From assembly GCA_965240325.2 (NCBI GenBank), contig OZ251251.1, positions 1 through 64,000 on the forward strand: DNA of 64,000 nt, given 5' to 3'. Source of the DNA: Rebecca billardiae RCC1528. Lineage: Eukaryota > Protista > Haptophyta. Below the pieces are notes generated by a model. The model was not told the origin of the DNA. It was given only the letters and a program-made list of their open reading frames with translations, and ran no database searches. The position numbers and the translations under genes were made by a program. Positions 56,023-64,000 of this stretch are shown here, one piece after another (position 1 is the first letter of the stretch; the number at the start of each line of letters is the position of its first letter).

Positions 56023-57453
56023 TCAGGGCGGCCCACAGCGCAGGGGCGGCAGCTGCGACACGCGCTGCAGCGGCGTTGGCTGCTCTCCGCCATCGTTGCC
56101 CACGCCCAGGCCGAGCGCGCCCGAAGGTCTGCCGCACGCGTGCACGCCGCCGTCCGCTGTGACGCAGAGGGCGTGGGAGAGGCCAAGCGAGCAGTCGAGC
56201 ACGCGCGCATGCGCGAGGCCCTCCACCCGCTCGGGCAGCAGCGCGCAAAACACTTGGTCCCCCAGCCCCAGCTGGCCCCATTCGTTGTCCCCAAACGTGT
56301 GCACGCTGCCGTCCGCGCACACCACCGCGCTGGTGTAAGAGCCCGCGCTGGCGCGCACGGCACGCATGCCGCCCAGTGCTTCGATGCGCGTAGGCACCAA
56401 GCGATTGGTCACGTCACCGTGGCCGAGCGCGCCACGAGAGCCGTCTCCGAGGGAGTGCACGCCGCCCGCTGCGTCCACCACCAGGCTGTGCTCGTAGCCA
56501 GCGCTCACGTGCACGGCGCGCACGCCGTCCAGCGCCTCAATGCGCAGTGGCGTGTGCTGCGCCTGCCAGTCGCCGTGGCCAAGGCGGCCGTACACGCCGT
56601 CGCCGCACGAGTACACGGCGCCGCACGCCGTGAGCAGCAGCGTGTGCCGGCCGCCCGCCGCCACGCCGCCAACGCGCACGCCGTCCAGCGCCTCGATGCG
56701 CATCGGCTGCAGCCGGTCCTTCTTGTTGCCGTGGCCGAGCTGGCCTTGGCTGTTGTAACCCCAGCTGTACGCCGCGCCACCAGCCGTGAGCGCGAGGCTG
56801 TGGTCGTCGCCAGCGCTTATGCCGACGACGAGCTCCGCGCCCAGCGCCGCCACCTGCACGAACGCCCGTCGCTCAGCCTTGTCGCCCACGCCCAGCTGGC
56901 CGTAGGCATTGCGGCCGCACGCGTACACGGCGCACGCCTCGCTCAGCGCGAGCAGGTGCGTGCCGCCGGCCGCCACTGCACGCACGCGCACTGCCGCCAG
57001 CGAGCTTACGCGCGCCGGCACGAGCACGCGCGTCTCCATGCTGAGCTCGGGATGGCCCAGCGGTGCGCCGCATGTGTGCACGCCGCCGGCACCGTCAACA
57101 AAGGCGGAGAAGCCCATGCCGAAGGTTGGGCTGGCGGACGCGACGCGCGCGTGCGCGTGAGCTAGATCGGAGATGCGCTCGCGCGCGAACAGCTCCTCCG
57201 CCCACGTGGACACGCCCGCGGGCAGGGCCGCCGGCAGCGCGACCTCGTGCCCACGCGCGCGCGCGCGCTCGCGCAGCGCGTGCTCGAGCGGCGCGCCGCG
57301 GAAGAGGCGAGCGGTGGCGTTGGCGGCGGCGAGGTCGCGCACGTCAAAGAGATGGACCAGGATGCGCGCGATCAGCTCGGGCGGCAGGGCCGTCAGCCGC
57401 ACCGCCGCCGCTGCCGAGCGCGCCTTGGTACGCGAGCGCGTCGTCGGCGCCAT
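56023..57453 (-). CDS. F-box + 7-blade RCC1 protein, array copy D (476 aa)
   Basis: Same architecture; F-box LTALPPELIARILVHL. Confidence 0.92.
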   Translation of the reverse strand: MAPTTRSRTKARSAAAAVRLTALPPELIARILVHLFDVRDLAAANATARLFRGAPLEHALRERARARGHEVALPAALPAGVSTWAEELFARERISDLAHAHARVASASPTFGMGFSAFVDGAGGVHTCGAPLGHPELSMETRVLVPARVSSLAAVRVRAVAAGGTHLLALSEACAVYACGRNAYGQLGVGDKAERRAFVQVAALGAELVVGISAGDDHSLALTAGGAAYSWGYNSQGQLGHGNKKDRLQPMRIEALDGVRVGGVAAGGRHTLLLTACGAVYSCGDGVYGRLGHGDWQAQHTPLRIEALDGVRAVHVSAGYEHSLVVDAAGGVHSLGDGSRGALGHGDVTNRLVPTRIEALGGMRAVRASAGSYTSAVVCADGSVHTFGDNEWGQLGLGDQVFCALLPERVEGLAHARVLDCSLGLSHALCVTADGGVHACGRPSGALGLGVGNDGGEQPTPLQRVSQLPPLRCGPP

Positions 57454-57993
57454 GCTACCGCGAATTGACCCGACGATGACGGTTGGCGACGGCTGGTTGC
57501 CCGACGCAGGCAGGACGACAGAACATCAGTCATACAGTACGGCTCTATTGAACGTGTACAGTCGTATCTTACTAGTAGTACTTGTACAGTGCACAGCAGA
57601 TCGCGCGACAGCACGGCGGCGGTGTGCGCGCGGAACCCACGCGCGCAGCTGCCGCTGCTCGCCAATGCTGGCACTGCGCGCATCATCTCCACCTCACTCT
57701 CGATCAGACGAGTGCCGCCCCCCTACAATGCCCTCGTCATATCCGCCGGCGCCCCAGCTCCACGCGCAGCGCGAGCTCGAGCGGCCCTGCTCTACGGCAC
57801 CGCTGTGCCGCCACAAGCTGGCTGCATATGCGCGGCCAGCGGCTGGCACGGGCTGATGGCAGCTGGCCTCAGCGGCTGGCGCACGGGTGCGACGCCTCAC
57901 TGACCATGTCCGAAGAGAGCAGCGGCGAGCACTCGCACACGCCGCACTGGCAACACTGCGCGTGAGCACCGCACCCGCCACGGGGCCGGCCAC

Positions 57994-59418
57994 TCAGCAC
58001 GCCTCAGAGCGCAGGGGCGGCAGCTGTGCCACGCACTGCGGCGTCGGCTGCTTTCCGCCATCGCTGTCCACGCCCAGGCCGAGCGCGCCCGAATGTAAGC
58101 CGCATGCGTGCACGCCGCCGTCCACTGTGACGTAGAGGGCGTGCCCGTAGCCAAGCGAGCAGTCGAGCACGCGCGCATGCGCGAGGCCCTCCACCCGCTC
58201 GGGCAGCGTGCGATCCATTCGGTCCCCCAGCCCCAGCTGGCCAAAGCTGTTGGACCCAAACGTGTGCACGCTGCCGTCCGCGCACACCACAGCGCTGGTG
58301 TAAGAGCCAGCGCTGGCGCGCACGGCACGCATGCCGCCCAGCGCCTCGATGCGCGTGGGCACCGATCGACGCCCCTCGTCACCATGGCCGAGCGCGCCAC
58401 AAGAGCCGTCTCCGAAGGAGTGCACGCCACCCGCTGCGTCCACCACCAGGCTGTGCGCCGTACCAGCGCTCACGTGCACGGCACGCACGCCCGTGAGCGC
58501 CTCGATGCGCAGTGGCGTGCGCTGCCGCTGCTCGTCACCGTGGCCAAGGCGAGTAAACGAGCCGTCGCCGCACGAGTACACGGCGCCGCACGCCGAGAGC
58601 AGCAGCGTGTGGCCGCCGCCCGCGGCCACGCCGCCCACGCGCACGCCGTCCAGCGCCTCGATGCGAGTCGGCTCCCACCGGTCCTCCGTGTCGCCGTGGC
58701 CGAGCTGGCCTTCGCTGTTGCCTCCCCAGCTGTACGCCGCGCCGGCAGCCGTCAGCGCGAGGCTGTTATGGAAACCGGCAGCGATGCTGAGGACGAGCGC
58801 CGCGCCCAGCGCCGCCACCTGCACGAACGCCAGTCGCTCAGCCTTGTCGCACACGCCCAGCTGACCGGAGTCGTTGTAGCCGCACGCGTACACGGCGCCT
58901 GCCTCGCTCAGCGCGAGCAGGTGATTGTAGCCGGCCGCCACTGCACGCACGCGCACTGCCGCCAGCGAGCTTACGCGCGTCGGCACGAGCACGCGCGTCT
59001 CCATGCTGAGCTCGGGATGGCCCAGCGGTGCTCCGCATGTGTGCACGCCGCCGGCACCGTCAACAAACGCGGAGAAGGCTATGCCAAAGGTTGGGGTGGC
59101 AGACGCGACGTGCGCATGCGCGTGCGCGAGATCAGAGATGAGCTCGCGCGCGAACAGCTCCTCCGCCCACGTGGACACGCCCGCGGGCAGGGCCGCCGGC
59201 AGCGCGGCCTCGTGCCCGCGCGCGCGCGCGCGCTCGCGCAGCGCGTGCTCGAGCGGCGCGCCGCGGAAGAGGCGCGCGGCGGCGTTGGCGGCGACGAGGT
59301 CGCGCACGTCATCGAGGTGGACGAGGATGCGCGCGATCAGCTCGGGCGGCACGTCGGTCAGCCGCACGGTCGCCGCTGCCGAGCGCGCCTGGGTAGGCGC
59401 GCGCGTCGTCGGTGCCAT
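57994..59418 (-). CDS. F-box + 7-blade RCC1 protein, array copy E (474 aa); upstream region interrupted by an insertion
   Basis: Same architecture; ATG at 59418 by homology; ORF intact. Confidence 0.9.
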   Translation of the reverse strand: MAPTTRAPTQARSAAATVRLTDVPPELIARILVHLDDVRDLVAANAAARLFRGAPLEHALRERARARGHEAALPAALPAGVSTWAEELFARELISDLAHAHAHVASATPTFGIAFSAFVDGAGGVHTCGAPLGHPELSMETRVLVPTRVSSLAAVRVRAVAAGYNHLLALSEAGAVYACGYNDSGQLGVCDKAERLAFVQVAALGAALVLSIAAGFHNSLALTAAGAAYSWGGNSEGQLGHGDTEDRWEPTRIEALDGVRVGGVAAGGGHTLLLSACGAVYSCGDGSFTRLGHGDEQRQRTPLRIEALTGVRAVHVSAGTAHSLVVDAAGGVHSFGDGSCGALGHGDEGRRSVPTRIEALGGMRAVRASAGSYTSAVVCADGSVHTFGSNSFGQLGLGDRMDRTLPERVEGLAHARVLDCSLGYGHALYVTVDGGVHACGLHSGALGLGVDSDGGKQPTPQCVAQLPPLRSEAC

Positions 59419-59633
59419 GCTGTTGCCCACGCCGGGCCGAGTCACTCGACGACGACGGTTGGCCGACTTCCCGAACTCAGCCGACTGGGAGGACGACATT
59501 ACCCCCATACAATCGGCATACAGTTTACTATGATTTAACGTGCCCACTTGGTTAAGGCGTGATTAACGCCATCCAACACTGCACAAAGACACCGCCACAA
59601 AACAGACCACACTAGCTTACGACTGCCTTACAA

Positions 59634-62105
59634 TTTTTTTTTAAAATTCCCCTTTATAACGGGCTCCGGATGATCAGACTGGCGGCCGAAGCCTCTGACA
59701 GCCCTACCCTGGCCAGCCCCCAACCAACCACCACCCTCACCCCAACCTCAAACCACTGACAGAGACACCAAGTGCCTTGACACCACTCCGCTGTGGATGG
59801 ACAGCCCGCCTCCAGAGGGGGCGGGGGTATGCCATTGCCAACAGCATACTAACAAGCCCAACACTGTGGGGTGGTCCCAGGTACAAGCAGTGCACGGCCT
59901 TGCGATTCAAGATCATCGAGTTTGAGCCGAGTCGGCAGAAGGGGCACCCCCTAGGGTGCCCCAGTGTGGGCAGAGGGCCAGCCACTAGCCGATCCCTGCG
60001 CGGGGAAGGGGACTGAGGGGACTGTCATCGGGCCCAGTAGCTGGGCAGGGGTCTGGGCCACTGGCCCTGGCAGTGAGGCGCCGGTAGTATTTCACTCGTG
60101 CAGCTATGGAGGCAGAGGGGGTCATGTCAGACATGTGTGCTACATCGGGCATCAAGTCAGGGCGTGGGCCGCTGTAGGAAGCAAGCAAAGTGGTGGCGAT
60201 GGCTAAAACGCCTGGGGAGGTGTCGTTCGCTCGCCTCTTCCTGCTGCGCTTTGCAGGGGGTAGCGTGCTCCGCTGCGGCACATTTGCCTGGCGGGGTGGG
60301 CAGTGTCGTTTGGGCGGGGGGCTGTCTTGCTGAGCTTGACTAGGAGGAGGCAGCCTGCGCCTGGGGGCTGCCAGTGGCCTGGCAGAGCCAGCAGGTGGCT
60401 GTGTGGCCTGGTGTCCAGTGTCTGACTGTGCAAGGCCGCTTTGAGCTCCGTCGTTACCGGTGTGACTGCCAGCAGCAGGGTCTGCCTCCATCTCAGGGCC
60501 CCCATGTGTCAACACATTGTCCGGCCGCGGACCCACATCGCTGCGAGCCAGCAGGGTGGCATATTGGAGCGGCCATGCCACAAGAGGTGTGGCAGGCTGC
60601 AGTGGCCACGCAATCACCATAGGGAGGGGGCGAGCACGCTGAAGAGGCCACGCCCGCAAGAGTAGCTGGGGGCGCACGTGGTGACCGCGCGCTATGGGCT
60701 GGTGCAGGTTGGCCTGCCCCGCGCCTGCCTGCGAGCCCTGGCCAGCCTGGACAGGGGGTTGCTGCTGGATGACAGGTGGTCCTTGCAACTGCTGATTATT
60801 CATGGCAATAAACGCCCCTCCTGGGCCTGCCTGTGCTTGTGGGGGTGGGGGCTGCCCCCCCAGGCCGTGCCCAGGCGGCGGTCGAAGCTCCCTGGCATGT
60901 CGAAGGAGACGTCCTGCCTTTGACAGCTGGGAGTCCACGTCCTTGCGGGCCTGCATGATGCCTAGCCCTGCCTTCAGTAAGGCCACGTGCATGGTCCTGC
61001 CGAGATGCACGTTGGCCCCCACAGTGGTCTTCAGTGTGCTGGGCACACTGCCCATGAGGGCAGCCCCAGAGCACACATGATGTGCCAAGTTCCATGCTGC
61101 AGCCTGTCCCTGCATGAAGGGCTCAATTGCATGCGATACGCTTATGGCAGCAGCCATTCGGTAGGTATCGACCTCAGGGCACTCAGACGAGAAGAGGTGA
61201 TGCTCAGTATCTGGCGCTGGATGTAGCAGTGGAGCATGTTCGCAGAGGGGGCAGGCATCGCTAAATGCCGCCCCTGACTAGAATCGCACAGAGAGCAACG
61301 TCGGGTCTCGCAGGGCAGCCGGCTGCAGGAACTCATATCCGTGGTGGAGTATGTAGTAGGCAGGCACAGTGTTGGCCTGCCAGGTCCGTAGTACGCCAGT
61401 GGAGGCCTCTGGCCACACGCCAGTCCATTCGCCCACCAAGTCACAGCTGGACTTGGTGGCTTGCAGGTGGGTTGCCCTTTGTGACAGCACACTGTCGTAC
61501 ACAAGGGGCTTGATTCGGCCTGCCACTGGCTCTCCATCGGCCAGCTGTACCAGCGCATGGGAACCCACATTTGGGTGGCCACCTCTCTTGTGAGTCACAC
61601 AGGGGGTTGTGGGGTCAGAGCAGCAGAGCTTGGCCCCCGCATCGCTGCATGCGTTGAGCAGGGTTTTGGGGTTCATCCCTGCTTGGCGCAAAGCCACCAC
61701 ACTGTGTTGGCTGACAGTGCAGTGCTGGTCCCCCGGAGTGTGCGTGAGGCTGAGGTGTAGCGCAGCCGCATCGTCAGCAGAGTGCGCCTTGACATGCTCA
61801 AATGAAGTGGTCACTGTGGTGCTGCCATGCAGCAAGCGGCGCCAGCCCACAAGGCTCATGACCCTGGCGATGTATGCTGCGTACGCGTGGTGCCCCTGCC
61901 GCAGCCGTCGGTCCCAGGGGTCGTTTTGCCACATTTCGGCGTCAGCGGCCTTTACCATTTCCTGCAGGTCAGTGCACACCAGCAGGTTGGCGGTGGGGTC
62001 TATCTGCACCAATGGCATCGGTGATGGCCATCATATGAATTCGGCTGGGCCTGGTGCCTGGTGCCCCTCGAACTTGGAGCAATATACACATGCACAGGGG
62101 CAGTG
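59634..62105 (-). mobile_element. 5'-truncated, decayed non-LTR retrotransposon (LINE) 3' portion: RNase H + CCHC zinc knuckle + C-terminal tail + 3' UTR + short poly(A)
   Basis: RNase H motifs GHQAPGPAEF/MAITDA (frameshifted), LLVCTD, FEHVKAHS and LNACSDAGAK. After in-frame TAG 61278-61280 the frame continues CPLC..DTEHHLFSSECP (zf-RVT-type) into ORF 59985-61157. T9 run at 59634-59642. Lower GC than host genes. No RT domain in the window. Confidence 0.75.
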
Positions 62106-62267
62106 TAATGACTCATCAGTATCTGAACGTGTACAGTCGTAGTGCCGTACGTACTTGTATAGAATGTACGACAGATAGCAAGTGCGTCAGCACGGTGTGC
62201 GCGCGGAACCCACGCGCGCAGCTGCTGCTCAATGGCACTGTGTGCATCCATCCAGATGCTCAATCGT

Positions 62268-63061
62268 ATAACCGCGCGCGCGTCGTGCTCCTTCTGGCGA
62301 TCCGGTGTTACGATACGCTGATGATGCTGCAGGGGTTGCCTGGGGCCGCCAGTCGCCACGCGGGGGGCAGGGCGGCGAGGCAGCGCCCGCCCGCAGCGCC
62401 CCGCTCCCCCCCCGTGGACGCTGACTCAAGCCGCACCCACCCCAGCGCGGCGATCCCACGCCAGGGAGGGCGGGCGGGAGGCGGAGGAGCGCCGCTGGCT
62501 GTCCGTGAGTGTGCCGGCGCCGCCGCGGCCTGCCGCCCGGGGGCCCCGGGCCCGGGCGGGGCCGCTGTGCTCAGGCGTCGGCCGGGGCAGGGTGCGCCGG
62601 GGGGCAGTCGCGGCGGAAGCGGTCGACTGCACGACGTGGGCTGCCCTGACCGGCCCCGAAGGTGCGCCTGTCACGCCGAGGGTCGGCCCGCCTGCAGGTA
62701 CGCTCACTTTCCGCTTGGTACCCGCGCCGCAAAGGCGAGCTGCTTCCGACTCACATCTCGTCGCCGTCCGGTCACTCCGGCGATGCCGCTGCGAGCGCCG
62801 AGCCCGCGTCCGGCCGGGTACCCCCACCTAGCGGGGAGGGGCACGGGCGGCGGCGGAGCAGCGACGCGGCAGTCATAACGCGATAACCGCCGCGGACTGC
62901 CAAACCCACCACTCCCGTCGCGTCGGCCATCGCCCCATAACCGCGCGCGCGTCGTGCTCCTTCTGGCGATCCGGTGTTACGATACGCTGATGATGCTGCA
63001 GGGGTTGCCTGGGGCCGCCAGTCGCCACGCGGGGGGCAGGGCGGCGAGGCAGCGCCCGCCC
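62268..63061. repeat. Pair of ~125-bp direct repeats (62268-62392 and 62937-63061), possibly TE-derived
   Basis: ATAACCGCGCGCGCGTCGTGCTCCTTCTGGCGATCCGGTGTTACGATACG...GGCAGCGCCCGCCC appears twice, apparently identical, 669 bp apart. Confidence 0.85.
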
Positions 63062-63599
63062 AAAGGGGCGCAGCGCCAGGCGCCACGCCGGCATGGCCGG
63101 CGTCGGCCGGCGCGGCCGAGGCCAGGCCCGGCCCCGACCCCCAGAGGCGCAGCGCCCTGCCCACCACTCCACAGCACGCCGCCGGCGCTTGGCCGCTGCG
63201 CGGCGGGTTTGGCCGCTGCGCGGCGGGTGGCGTGACGCCCCCTCCAGAGCGCTCAGCCCTTCCCAGAGGTCGCCGAGAGCCCGGCAGCGACCTTCCGAGC
63301 AGTGGGGTAACCTGCCCGTCGTCGCGCGCCGGCACCGGCCAGGCGAGGCGCTGCAGGTGACCAGCAGGCCATGCGCCGTCCACTCGCCCGAAATCGCCCA
63401 GCAGCACGCGCGCACCGCCGCCGAGGCCGCCGGCCGGCAAGAGCGCATACGCCCGAGCTGCCGCGGCACACGCCCGAGCCGCCAAGAGGCTCAGGTATCG
63501 ACGCCGGTTCGCCGACAACGTCGTCAATCACGCCCCGGCCGCAGACACCACGTGCGCCCATGAAAGCGCGCCGAAAAATGTGTGCGAGACGACGCGCAC

Positions 63600-63822
63600 G
63601 GATGGTGATGGTCGCGCGGCGCACGCATGATGGTCGCGCGCGCGTGATGATCGGCGCATGATGATCGGTGCGCGCGCATGACGGCGCGCACGAATGATGA
63701 TCGGCACAAGCGCATGATGATCGGCACGCACGCATGATGATCGGAGCGCGCGCATGATGAACTGATGATCGGCACATAATGATCGGTGCGCGCGCATGAC
63801 CGTGCGCGCGCGTGACGATCAC
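63600..63822. repeat. Degenerate ~20-bp minisatellite (CATGATGATCGG + GC-rich spacer)
   Basis: About 10 imperfect copies of ATGATGATCGG(T/C)GCGCGCGC. Confidence 0.85.
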
Positions 63823-64000
63823 GCCCAGCGGCTCGAAGATAGACGATGAGCGCCATCACGCTCGAGCGAAGCAGAAGGTGATGAGTGAGGAAGATGGAAC
63901 AGGAATGAGGGAAAGGAACGCGCGGTGCGTGACGGGAAGGATCAGGTGCGCCCGGCGCGAGGGATGGAACACGTGTAGTAGGAACGAAACGGAACGGAAA

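Larger units (their letters stand above)
50190..59500 (-). repeat. Head-to-tail tandem duplication array, 5 units of about 1.92-1.97 kb (gene + ~500 bp spacer)
   Basis: Stop codons at 50220, 52156, 54075, 56023 and 57994 (periods 1936, 1919, 1948, 1971); spacers are homologous. Confidence 0.95.

Noticed and set aside
12984-59418. UVR8 photoreceptor or canonical RCC1/HERC annotation for the propeller genes
   Set aside because: The GWRHT tryptophan motifs of UVR8 are absent, there is no HECT domain, and all copies carry an N-terminal F-box-like motif.
61278-61280. Programmed stop-codon readthrough in the LINE ORF
   Set aside because: The element also has frameshifts near 62020-62040 and is 5'-truncated, so simple decay is more parsimonious.
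50220-62105. Diversity-generating retroelement (variable genes next to a retroelement)
   Set aside because: No template repeat and no DGR-type RT. Variation is not confined to adenines or to one C-terminal VR; the NNC look of variable codons is explained by GC3 bias, and AAC (Asn) codons stay conserved. The adjacent element is a decayed LINE.

Overview
Very GC-rich (roughly 75% by eye) eukaryotic nuclear DNA with short GT-AG/GC-AG spliceosomal introns and proteins swollen by Ala/Gly/Gln/Pro tracts. The style suggests a haptophyte alga such as Pavlovophyceae (inference only). From 1 to 48 kb is a gene-dense block: a ~212-bp satellite, an Spt20-like protein, a SHIPPO-repeat/LRRC51 fusion, an MGCGAS-acylated protein, an F-box/RCC1 gene, a putative secreted protein, an AT-rich TE-like island, a C3HC4 RING protein, a degenerate HAD protein, NCBP1/CBP80, two unknown proteins, a second F-box/RCC1 gene and a large cysteine-desulfurase-like::TtcA fusion. 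From 50 to 59.4 kb is a tandem array of five intact, intronless F-box + 7-blade RCC1 genes (~1.93-kb unit). Their scaffold is nearly invariant, but two loops per blade are hypervariable and segments are shared patchwork-style between copies. This looks like a diversifying repertoire of SCF substrate receptors and is the most interesting system in the window. A 5'-truncated RNase H/CCHC LINE sits in the upstream region of the fifth copy, followed by repeat-rich DNA. Most long ORFs in the supplied track are GC-driven shadow frames. All family calls come from motif recognition by eye; no searches were run.
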